Of a stretch of 64,000 nucleotides of DNA, positions 47,437 to 55,212 are shown piece by piece. The stretch is from contig CAZHDZ010000002.1 of NCBI GenBank assembly GCA_964531275.1, positions 58,180 to 122,179 of the forward strand, read 5' to 3'. Every line of letters starts with the position of its first letter. Position 1 is the stretch's first letter. Under the pieces are notes generated by a model. That model was not told the origin of the DNA and made no database searches. It saw only the letters and a program-made list of their open reading frames with translations. The translations under genes and the position numbers were made by a program. The stretch comes from an uncultured Gammaproteobacteria bacterium. GTDB taxonomy: Bacteria > Patescibacteriota > Microgenomatia > Levybacterales > GWA1-39-11.

Positions 47437-49044
47437 TTAATTTAGTCTTGCATTGTGAAGTGCAGTTATGTCAAAAAGTACTCCTCTTAAGTTTTCCCTT
47501 TGTAGTGCTGATTCCTGGCCAGTTGCTTGCTGAAGTACGACTTCTGTCTGGGCTAACATTTCTATGGCATCTTTAAGGTCAGTTCCCTGCGGAACATCAT
47601 ACTCGGTAGCGTAATACACGGGTTTATGTCCGATGTCTGTTATGAGAGATATTCCAATTTGTTCCTGAGGATCTATTAATCTTTGTTCTTCCCAGGCCTC
47701 AACATCATCAGCTACTTGCTGTAAATTTATTCTTTCATCTTGATCTTCACTTTTTGCTATCTTATTTTTTACAAAGTCAACAAGGCCATCTGAATTAGCT
47801 TCACGTCTCAGGAAGTCTCTCACTGCACAAAAATGCCTTTCAGACCTTCCACCAATAGTTATATTTACATCAACTGCTTCGCCCTCGCTCCCAAAATACC
47901 CATCAGAAGGAATTGCTAATTGATCTCGAAAAACCAGGGGGTGTATTGCTGCATATTCGGCTGCATTTTCTGCGCCATTGTCACCACCGTGATTATTGCC
48001 TAATTCCTGAAGCGTAGCGATGGTGTCCATAACTGCAGGATCAGTGCTGCTTTTCAAAAGATGGGCTAGATATTCACGAGCAACTCTAGTTCCCAATTGG
48101 TGTTCATCCCAAGGAACATCTTCCCTGTATTCAACTGCACTACTAATGTCAGGATAGGTACCGTCGATGAATCCTTTCATTGCTTCCATATTCTGTGCAG
48201 TTCTTCCCGGAATTTTTTCAGGATCCATTCGTTGGCTTACAGTATTTATTGCAATTGCAGCTTGATGTGCGAAAAAGAATTCTGCTGTTGGAAGTTGTTG
48301 TAGGATTCCTGCTTTCCTTCTAACCTCTTCCTGTTCATCTCCTGTAAGAACTGCTTCAACACCTATACTGTCAATTTCCTGAGCAATTGAAGCTCTTTGA
48401 CCTTGGGAAAGGAAATCAATATTCAAATACTCTTTCACAGTATCAATACCCTTTTTGTTTGCCGCTTGCCTCATTTTTGTGGATTCTCTTTTGGAATAAA
48501 TTTGTGATAGTCCGTCAAGAATTCGCATAGCTGGAATGCCATACGCCGGAAGTCTTGCGGGTGTAAAGTCATCATCGGAACCACCAAACCCAGTTCGTAT
48601 TGCAACCCTGGTATCAGGGTTTTTAGCCATCATAATGGCAGCTTCTACAACATGAAGAGATTGATTCTGTTGAACCATTGATATGTAGTTGTCTGATCCA
48701 ACTATAACTTTTGTAATTGAAGGAGCAAGTTCTGATATATTGGTAAAAGTATTTCGTGCTTCATCGCTAACAAATTCACCAGTATCAGTAAATAATTCTG
48801 CGCACTGTCTTCTAACAACTTCTGCGCTTTGTGCTATGAATGATCGGCGATATTTCTTCTCAAGTGGCGAAAATGGTGCATTTCCATCAACAAAAACTTT
48901 GATTCGATTGTCTGCATTATCTTCGAAAGGCTTAATAAGTTTTACTTGAAGCGCTTCAAGTTGCTTGTTGGCAACGCCAAAGCTTGCCTCTGCAGGCTGA
49001 ATGCTTGAAAATTCAAATTGTTGTGTTGGTATTTCAGCTGTCAT
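47437..49044 (-). CDS. Hypothetical protein, paralogue of 43578-44582; possible class-I aaRS/CDPS-like fold
   Basis: 535 aa from the ATG at 49044 (the track's GTG at 49077 lies in the terminator tail); AAEYAAIHP..F.D...ITIGGRSERHF...R, PVYY. Confidence 0.75.
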   Translation of the reverse strand: MTAEIPTQQFEFSSIQPAEASFGVANKQLEALQVKLIKPFEDNADNRIKVFVDGNAPFSPLEKKYRRSFIAQSAEVVRRQCAELFTDTGEFVSDEARNTFTNISELAPSITKVIVGSDNYISMVQQNQSLHVVEAAIMMAKNPDTRVAIRTGFGGSDDDFTPARLPAYGIPAMRILDGLSQIYSKRESTKMRQAANKKGIDTVKEYLNIDFLSQGQRASIAQEIDSIGVEAVLTGDEQEEVRRKAGILQQLPTAEFFFAHQAAIAINTVSQRMDPEKIPGRTAQNMEAMKGFIDGTYPDISSAVEYREDVPWDEHQLGTRVAREYLAHLLKSSTDPAVMDTIATLQELGNNHGGDNGAENAAEYAAIHPLVFRDQLAIPSDGYFGSEGEAVDVNITIGGRSERHFCAVRDFLRREANSDGLVDFVKNKIAKSEDQDERINLQQVADDVEAWEEQRLIDPQEQIGISLITDIGHKPVYYATEYDVPQGTDLKDAIEMLAQTEVVLQQATGQESALQRENLRGVLFDITALHNARLN

Positions 49045-49075
49045 ATTTTTCCATTGGTTTGTCTTCTCAAACCAC

Positions 49076-49100
49076 AAAAAAACCTCCCTTTTGGGGAGGT
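49076..49100 (-). terminator. Attenuator terminator of the Leu leader
   Basis: ACCTCCC-CAAAA-GGGAGGT-TTTTTT. Confidence 0.85.
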
Positions 49101-49123
49101 CGTTAATACACGAAAAACCTCCC

Positions 49124-49174
49124 CTAGCGCTGGCTAAGAAGGAGGTCTAGTAAGATTACTGAATTTCGTGTCAT
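49124..49174 (-). CDS. Leu-rich attenuator leader peptide MTRNSVILLDLLLSQR
   Basis: ATG ACA CGA AAT TCA GTA ATC TTA CTA GAC CTC CTT CTT AGC CAG CGC TAG; 5 Leu codons in 6; internal GACCTCC can pair with the GGAGG after the stop. Confidence 0.85.
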   Translation of the reverse strand: MTRNSVILLDLLLSQR

Positions 49175-49184
49175 GTTATGTACC

Positions 49185-49212
49185 ATTATATCAATTCATT
49201 TGTCTTTGACAA
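49185..49212 (-). promoter_or_regulatory. Sigma70-type promoter for the Leu leader
   Basis: TTGTCA-N16-TATAAT. Confidence 0.7.
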
Positions 49213-49220
49213 GAGCTTTT

Positions 49221-49625
49221 TTATTCATTTTCCGCACCTTCTCCTGCCTCAGATTCCCCAAATTCGCTACCTTCGATCTCGAAAGATGCACCGTTTTCTA
49301 TTCCTGCTCCTTCTACTTCATTGGTGCCTATTGCTGCTAATTCCATAGTCACTTCTGCAACGCCCACAGAAAATTCATGACCATGAGACATATCAATTCC
49401 AAACCCGCCTATTTCCATTGGAACAATAGATATATCGAAAAGACTATTTGAAGCACTTACTTCCTGGGTGGCAAACCCTCCCGCTAATTCGACATTAAAG
49501 TCATCAACAGCCGGATTGAGCTCTATCTCTCGCGGTTCAAATTTCCTTTTTCGCTCCAAAGAACGTTCTATCCCGGACATCACTGTACGTACTTGATCTA
49601 ATTGTTGTTGTATATCCATTTCCAT
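49221..49625 (-). CDS. Hypothetical highly acidic Glu/Gly-rich protein
   Basis: 134-aa ORF with an N-terminal helix and a low-complexity acidic tail; sits directly after an attenuator. Confidence 0.65.
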   Translation of the reverse strand: MEMDIQQQLDQVRTVMSGIERSLERKRKFEPREIELNPAVDDFNVELAGGFATQEVSASNSLFDISIVPMEIGGFGIDMSHGHEFSVGVAEVTMELAAIGTNEVEGAGIENGASFEIEGSEFGESEAGEGAENE

Positions 49626-49642
49626 AGTTTGTTAAAAGGCAC

Positions 49643-49667
49643 AAAAAAACCTCCCAAAGTGGGAGGT
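49643..49667 (-). terminator. Attenuator terminator upstream of the acidic ORF
   Basis: ACCTCCC-ACTTT-GGGAGGT-TTTTTT. Confidence 0.85.
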
Positions 49668-49694
49668 CAAATTATTATTTTCTCCCACGAAAAG

Positions 49695-49745
49695 CTACGC
49701 CTTGATAAGGTGAAGTCTTCGTGTGTAAGAAAATTGCATGTCCAT
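49695..49745 (-). CDS. Putative attenuator leader peptide MDMQFSYTRRLHLIKA (specificity unclear)
   Basis: 16-codon ORF ending in TAG, 7 nt after a promoter; followed by GTGGGAG (antiterminator arm) and a terminator. Confidence 0.6.
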   Translation of the reverse strand: MDMQFSYTRRLHLIKA

Positions 49746-49752
49746 ACGTAAT

Positions 49753-49781
49753 ATATTACACTTTTGAGGCTGCAATGTCAA
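49753..49781 (-). promoter_or_regulatory. Sigma70-type promoter inside the 3' end of ridA
   Basis: TTGACA-N17-TAATAT. Confidence 0.65.
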
Positions 49782-50151
49782 TTTCTGCGGTTGCTGCTAT
49801 TTCAACCAAGGCGTTTAGCGGAAGTGACACAACGCCAACTGTGTATCGAGCTGGTTTCGAATCGCCGAGATATTTTGCATACACTTCGTTAAATTTTGCG
49901 TAATTGCTCAAGTCTGATAAAAAACATTGTGTTTGGACAACATCAGAAAGAGAAGATCCCGCCTCCTCAAGAACCGCTTTAAGGTTTGAAATTACTTGCT
50001 CTGTCTGACCTTCAATATCAGCTGCCTCTATCGTGCCACTAATCGGATTTATTCCAATTTGCCCCGAGCAAAAGACAAATCCACCGCTTACGATTGCTTG
50101 CGAATAGGGCCCTACAACTGTCGGTGCCTTAGAGGTAAAGACTGTTTTCAT
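49756..50151 (-). CDS. ridA: RidA/YjgF family enamine deaminase
   Basis: GPYSQA, FCSGQIG, FNEVY...PARY.V....LP.NALVEI. Confidence 0.92.
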   Translation of the reverse strand: MKTVFTSKAPTVVGPYSQAIVSGGFVFCSGQIGINPISGTIEAADIEGQTEQVISNLKAVLEEAGSSLSDVVQTQCFLSDLSNYAKFNEVYAKYLGDSKPARYTVGVVSLPLNALVEIAATAEIDIAASKV

Positions 50152-51399
50152 TTATATGATGTAATTATACAAAAGATCGCTGTGCTTAATCGGCGTATAG
50201 GAAATACCTATGCTGTCTAGCCTTTTGATTAAAGGCTCGTAGTCATTTTTTGAAGCAAGCTCTATTCCGACCAGTGCAGGGCCGGTCTCTCGGGAAGTTT
50301 TTTTGACATATTCAAATCTGACTATGTCATCCGTAGGTCCAAGAGCTTTGTCTACAAATGCTCGCAGTTGTCCTGGCTTTTGGGCAAATTTAAGAAGAAA
50401 ATAGTGCTTTCTTCCTTGATGTATCAAGCTTCTTTCCATAATCTCCGGGTATCTTAGGATGTCATTATTTCCTCCGCTTAGTACGCAAACAACAGTTTTG
50501 CCTTTTAACTTTTTTTTGAGGCTATATAGGGCTGCGATTGAGAGTGCTCCCGCAGGCTCAGCTACGATCCCCTCATTTTGATAAAGGTCAATCATGGTTG
50601 TACATATTTGCCCCTCAGAAATAAGTACTACTTCTTTCACAAGCCTTTTAATTATTGAAAAGGATATATCCCCGGGCTTTTTAACAGCAGCACCATCTAC
50701 AAATGTATCTATGTGATCAAGCTCTACTACCTCACCCTTTTTAAGGGACTCATACATGCTGGGGGCACCTTCCGGTTCTGCGCCAATGAATACAGTATGA
50801 GGTGAGACATGGGAAAAATATGAACTAACTCCAGACAAGAATCCCCCTCCACCAATTGGAGCAATGAAATAATCGATACTGCTTCCCAATTCTTCATAAA
50901 TTTCTTTTCCTACAGTTCCTTGGCCAGCAATTACATCAATGTCATTGAAAGGATGAACAAAAATAGCGTTTTTCTTTTCGCACACCTCTATGGCTTTTTT
51001 GTAAGCTTCGTCATACGTATTGCCAAACAACTCAATAGTTATATGTGAGTTGCCAAACTCTCTGACTCTTTTTATTTTTTGTAACGGGGTCGTTGTGGGC
51101 ATAAAAATTGTTGTTGAAATTCCTAGTTCTTTTGCAGCAAATGCAACTCCTTGTGCATGATTGCCTGCGCTTGCTGCGACTACTCCTTGCTGTCTCTCCT
51201 TTGGGGTTAGCATGGACATTTTGTTGTAGGCACCTCGTATTTTGTATGATCTAACGATCTGCTGGTCTTCTCTCTTAATATAAACTTGAGCCTCAAATTC
51301 TTGAGATAGACGCTCTGAAAGCATAAGCTCGGTGCGTTTTACGGTACCGCTTAGTCTTTTGGCTGCTTCGTTAATATGATTAAGAGTTATTACGTTCAT
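50152..51399 (-). CDS. ilvA: Threonine dehydratase, biosynthetic, short single-ACT form
   Basis: KREDQQIVRSYKIRGAYN (PLP Lys), ASAGNHAQG, PIGGGG, SGGNNDI, C-terminal F.QKPGQLR.F regulatory domain. Confidence 0.93.
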   Translation of the reverse strand: MNVITLNHINEAAKRLSGTVKRTELMLSERLSQEFEAQVYIKREDQQIVRSYKIRGAYNKMSMLTPKERQQGVVAASAGNHAQGVAFAAKELGISTTIFMPTTTPLQKIKRVREFGNSHITIELFGNTYDEAYKKAIEVCEKKNAIFVHPFNDIDVIAGQGTVGKEIYEELGSSIDYFIAPIGGGGFLSGVSSYFSHVSPHTVFIGAEPEGAPSMYESLKKGEVVELDHIDTFVDGAAVKKPGDISFSIIKRLVKEVVLISEGQICTTMIDLYQNEGIVAEPAGALSIAALYSLKKKLKGKTVVCVLSGGNNDILRYPEIMERSLIHQGRKHYFLLKFAQKPGQLRAFVDKALGPTDDIVRFEYVKKTSRETGPALVGIELASKNDYEPLIKRLDSIGISYTPIKHSDLLYNYII

Positions 51400-51452
51400 T
51401 CCATAAGCAAAGCTTGTGTCTTTTCAAGCCAATCCCTGTCTTTCAAAGCCAT

Positions 51453-51478
51453 AAAAAAACCTCCCATTTTTGGGAGGT
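51453..51478 (-). terminator. Attenuator terminator of the Ile leader
   Basis: ACCTCCC-AAAAAT-GGGAGGT-TTTTTT. Confidence 0.85.
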
Positions 51479-51506
51479 CGTGCGTCTTAAAAGATCAACA
51501 CCCTCC

Positions 51507-51551
51507 CTAGGAAGGAATAATAATGTCGATAATTTGAAGACTTCGGTGCAT
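51507..51551 (-). CDS. Ile-rich attenuator leader peptide MHRSLQIIDIIIPS
   Basis: ATG CAC CGA AGT CTT CAA ATT ATC GAC ATT ATT ATT CCT TCC TAG; 5 Ile codons in 6; upstream of ilvA. Confidence 0.88.
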   Translation of the reverse strand: MHRSLQIIDIIIPS

Positions 51552-51557
51552 AAAAGT

Positions 51558-51586
51558 AATGTACTACTGCTAGGGAAAAAAGTCAA
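51558..51586 (-). promoter_or_regulatory. Sigma70-type promoter for the Ile leader
   Basis: TTGACT-N17-TACATT, ATG 6 nt downstream. Confidence 0.7.
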
Positions 51587-51883
51587 TTGGGATTGACATA
51601 TTGGGCTAATTTGATATGATTTATTCAACGTGAAAAATTGTACATACATGAGAACTTCCCATTTCGGCACTCGATGCTGAGGGAATTTCTGTGTTTGTTC
51701 AATTTTCAAAACGAGCTCAAGAACTTCCCGCCAGCAAGGGAAGTTTTTTTTTGGGCTTTTTTTGGCTCTTTCACTTATCAAAGCGTTCGAAAATGCATTT
51801 TCGCACGCTACCATGTATTCGTCTTGGGAAGCTTTGTTTCCCGTAAGCCATAACGACCAACATTCATACAGGAGAGGTGTCCT

Positions 51884-52324
51884 TTGGCAGTCCCGAGCAT
51901 GTCGCTTGCAGAACTTTCGGCTGTTGCCGACTCCAACGGGGTGATTTGGTCATCCCACGTCAACTGCTCTAAGCCCTGGTTGGGCTACGGAGTGAACCTG
52001 ATTCTAGGCGAGAAAAACGCGGCAGAGGTCGACTTTTCTTTCTGTAAGGAAGTCTGGCAAAAACCCCCGCAGGGGTGGACTGTCCTTCTTCGCGTTGAGC
52101 GAGACGCATGCGAGGCGCACATGATGCGCCTGAAGCCAACCGGGGAGAACGAAACGTTCTTCTTCATGAGGGCCAGGGTTAACCTGAGCTCAAGCCCGAC
52201 ATGGATGAGTCTGGCTGGGACTGGGCTTGTCCGGACCAGGACTTACCGCGCAGGTATGCGTCGGAACAAGAACCGCGTGTCGGTTGGTCGCGTAAAACGT
52301 GAGTCGGTTACAGAGGAGGTATAA
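51884..52324 (+). CDS. Hypothetical protein (GC-richer segment)
   Basis: 146-aa ORF preceded by AGGAGAGG; composition differs from its neighbours; no recognisable motif. Confidence 0.5.
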   Translation: MAVPSMSLAELSAVADSNGVIWSSHVNCSKPWLGYGVNLILGEKNAAEVDFSFCKEVWQKPPQGWTVLLRVERDACEAHMMRLKPTGENETFFFMRARVNLSSSPTWMSLAGTGLVRTRTYRAGMRRNKNRVSVGRVKRESVTEEV

Positions 52325-52413
52325 GTGAACAAACGTGGGTTGAGTAAAAGTTGGCAAGTTCTACTTGCTGGCCGCTTGCAGTTTTTGCAAGCACTCGACC
52401 CCATTTCTTAGAT

Positions 52414-53091
52414 TTAGCCGCTTTGAGTTGCTACTGCACGGTCAATATTCTGAGTGAAGCTGGTTCCACCCTTTTTAGCCATAGCTTGATATCCTTTTTC
52501 GGCTTTTCGTCCTTTGAATAATTTGGCGTATGTCACGCCATCTTGCACCTTATCTCTCATCTTTATAACTAACTTCAAAAATCCCTCATAGAAGGTAAGG
52601 TGATAAACTCCAGGTTTGTCTGGAACATCGTCAATAACTACGTCTTTGAATACATTTTCAAGTTCATCTGATGAATCTTTAAGATTTCTAAGTTCTGCAA
52701 GAATTTGTTCTAATTGTTGTTTTATACCAAGAGATGCTTCGTCTGATTTTCGTCCTTCAGTTGCACCCTTGAATTCAGCGAAATACTGCATATGCTCTGC
52801 AGTAACTTCTACTTTTTGATGAGATTCGCTACCGTCATGAGATTCTTCTTTTTTATGTCCACCAACTGAGTGTGCCTCACCGTGCTTGAGTTCAATTCCG
52901 AAAACTTGGTTGATAACGACATTGAATTCAGTCTTTGCTTCACCTGCAACAACTTTTTGTGCAGTTTTAATTGCTTCCGTGTCTACAATCTTGGGTTTTT
53001 TTGCAGATTCAAAGAACTTCTTAAAAATAGAAGTTGCGTCGTGAATCCTTTCCTCTCCAGTGTATTTGGGTGTTCCCCCTTGTTTTTTCAT
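52414..53091 (-). CDS. DUF5660-like hypothetical protein
   Basis: C-terminal PGVYHLTFYE...KKGGTSF....RAVATQSG motif. Confidence 0.65.
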   Translation of the reverse strand: MKKQGGTPKYTGEERIHDATSIFKKFFESAKKPKIVDTEAIKTAQKVVAGEAKTEFNVVINQVFGIELKHGEAHSVGGHKKEESHDGSESHQKVEVTAEHMQYFAEFKGATEGRKSDEASLGIKQQLEQILAELRNLKDSSDELENVFKDVVIDDVPDKPGVYHLTFYEGFLKLVIKMRDKVQDGVTYAKLFKGRKAEKGYQAMAKKGGTSFTQNIDRAVATQSG

Positions 53092-53179
53092 TGCCGTTTC
53101 TGCCTAAATCGACACCGATATTATACCACCTAAGTTCAAATTTATCAATTCAAATCATGAAATGCAAGTAACAGAATAG

Positions 53180-53274
53180 TAAGAAATTATATCTATTCTG
53201 TTGACGCAAGCTTCGCTTACGTTAAGAAATTATATCTATTCTGTTGACGCAAGCTTCGCTTACGTTAAGAAATT
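53180..53274. repeat. Tandem repeat, 2 x 43 bp plus 9 bp, containing the GCAAGCTTCGCTTA mini-hairpin
   Basis: Unit TAAGAAATTATATCTATTCTGTTGACGCAAGCTTCGCTTACGT at 53180 and 53223. Confidence 0.9.
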
Positions 53275-53333
53275 CTTAAAATAATAAGGGTTTTTCATCG
53301 TCTACACTCAACTGACGAGAAAAACAGGTTGAA

Positions 53334-54221
53334 TTAAAGTGTGCTGAGGAAGGTGACGGTCTTTTGCTGACGGATAATTGATGCTACTAAATAAGGGTTT
53401 TTCATAATTTCTTCTCTTTCGGTAGGATTTTCAATAGAAGCCAGTGCCTTTTCAATATCTTCTTTATCTACAGTTATTTTCTCTTCATCTGCTATTTTTC
53501 TTAATAAAAATTCTAATTTGAGATCGTTTTCTGCCTTTAGCTTGTATTCATCTCTTAATTTTTCAGCATCAATATTTTTAGATGAAAGATATTGTTCTAG
53601 GGTTAATCCGAGCTTTTTGAGTTCATCTAGCATTTGTGAGAGAAGGCGTGATGTCTCGCTTTCAACAAGCACATCAGGGATAGTGATTTTTGCGGCTTTT
53701 AGTGCTGCCTCCAATATTCCATCAAGGTCTACCTTGCTTTCCTCTTTACCAGGTACAAGGATTTTTGATTTTGCTGTTACTTTTGCTATTTCTTCTTTGT
53801 ATTTGCCCAGTTCAACCATTGGTTCTTCGCAGGTTTGAGCTGTAAATTGAATATCAGTACCTTCAGTAAAAATTTCAATATGAATTTGAGGGCTAATTAT
53901 TGGAGTTAGTTTGTGTTTTGTAATAGCCTCATTGTAGGCAACTCCTACGACTTTCTTAAGAACCTCTTCTTTTACAAGTTCTGGATTGAGTCTTGCCTTT
54001 GCGACATTTTTTGGAGCCTGTCCTGGTCTAAATCCTGCGATCTTAACGCTTTTAATCAGTTCATTTTCAATTGCATCCTGTGCTTTTTGAGCTTGAGTCC
54101 ATGGCACAACAATAGTTAGTTCAAGAGTGCCGTCATCCTTTCGGATCAACCCCTCTTTTCTAGGAGAGTGATCGTGCGCCTGATTTTCGCTTTGTGTAGC
54201 AGGTTTGTCTGATTTAGCCAT
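53334..54221 (-). CDS. tig: Trigger factor (short form without the FKBP PPIase domain)
   Basis: Ribosome-binding motif IAGFRPGQAP; C-terminal chaperone domain; only 295 aa. Confidence 0.88.
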   Translation of the reverse strand: MAKSDKPATQSENQAHDHSPRKEGLIRKDDGTLELTIVVPWTQAQKAQDAIENELIKSVKIAGFRPGQAPKNVAKARLNPELVKEEVLKKVVGVAYNEAITKHKLTPIISPQIHIEIFTEGTDIQFTAQTCEEPMVELGKYKEEIAKVTAKSKILVPGKEESKVDLDGILEAALKAAKITIPDVLVESETSRLLSQMLDELKKLGLTLEQYLSSKNIDAEKLRDEYKLKAENDLKLEFLLRKIADEEKITVDKEDIEKALASIENPTEREEIMKNPYLVASIIRQQKTVTFLSTL

Positions 54222-54270
54222 GAAGGGAATTCTACCAAATACAGTCCTTAATGTCTAGATCTGAGGCTAA

Positions 54271-55212
54271 TTACTCCTGCCACAGCTGTAGTAGTCCAAA
54301 AAAAATGAAGAGTGCGATAAGAATAAAACCTTCTTTTCGTGACAACTCTTTTTTACTTCGTGCAAAAAAGAAAAATATCAAAAGTCCTACAACAAGCATT
54401 GCAAATGCGGGCAGAAAGTGCTCTGTAACAACTGCTGTTTTGCTGTAGATAATACCGAAAAGACCAAATAATAACGTATTTGCGGCCGCGCTTCCCACAT
54501 AATCTCCAAAAGCTACATCCTTTTTTCCTGAAATAACAGCCTTTATTGCAAGTGACAACTCAGGAAGATTTGTGCCAAAAGAAAGCAGAATAAGACTAAT
54601 AAAAAAGGGTGAAATGGTAAAAAAGTCAGCAAAGTACAGCGCACCCTCAACTATATAGTGGCTTGCAACAAACACTAGCCCCACACCGAAAAGGACATTA
54701 AATATGTCTTTCAATGAATACGAATTTGAATTGAGAAATGCTTGATTGGCTGTATCCAGAACGCCCTTCTCTCGTTGTATTAGGAAAACAAGAGCAATGT
54801 ATAAAGCTATAAGTACTATTGACTCAAAGACACTAACAGTGCCGTCAAGAACAAAAAAAGCAGGCGTTAACATTACAAAAAAAGAGAAAAAAAGGTTTTT
54901 TTGACTAATGCTTTTATGAAATTTGAGGCCATTTCCAAATATAGCAAGAAGGGGTATTACAAATAAGAAGAGTACAGGAACACCACCGATTAAATTCCCC
55001 ATATAAATTGTAGGTTTGCCTTCGCTAATTGCAGTCATTCCTACAGCAAATTCAGGTGTTGAGGTAAGAATTCCAAGTACCAAAAAAGAAAAAGCAAAGG
55101 AGGAGATTTTGAGCTTCTTGGAAAAATGATCTGCTGACGCAACAATTTTCCCAGCGCCATACCAAATCATGACAAAAGAGCCTAAGAAGACGAGAAGCTG
55201 GAGAATGGGCAT
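54271..55212 (-). CDS. Sodium:calcium antiporter (CaCA/YrbG family)
   Basis: Duplicated alpha repeats TSTPE...GNLIG and GTNLPE...GDYVGS. Confidence 0.88.
   Translation of the reverse strand: MPILQLLVFLGSFVMIWYGAGKIVASADHFSKKLKISSFAFSFLVLGILTSTPEFAVGMTAISEGKPTIYMGNLIGGVPVLFLFVIPLLAIFGNGLKFHKSISQKNLFFSFFVMLTPAFFVLDGTVSVFESIVLIALYIALVFLIQREKGVLDTANQAFLNSNSYSLKDIFNVLFGVGLVFVASHYIVEGALYFADFFTISPFFISLILLSFGTNLPELSLAIKAVISGKKDVAFGDYVGSAAANTLLFGLFGIIYSKTAVVTEHFLPAFAMLVVGLLIFFFFARSKKELSRKEGFILIALFIFFGLLQLWQE

Noticed and set aside
44589-51586. T-box riboswitches as the explanation for the leader terminators
   Set aside because: The leaders are too short for stem I and lack the GGTGGNACC T-box bulge; codon-rich leader ORFs fit ribosome-mediated attenuation instead.
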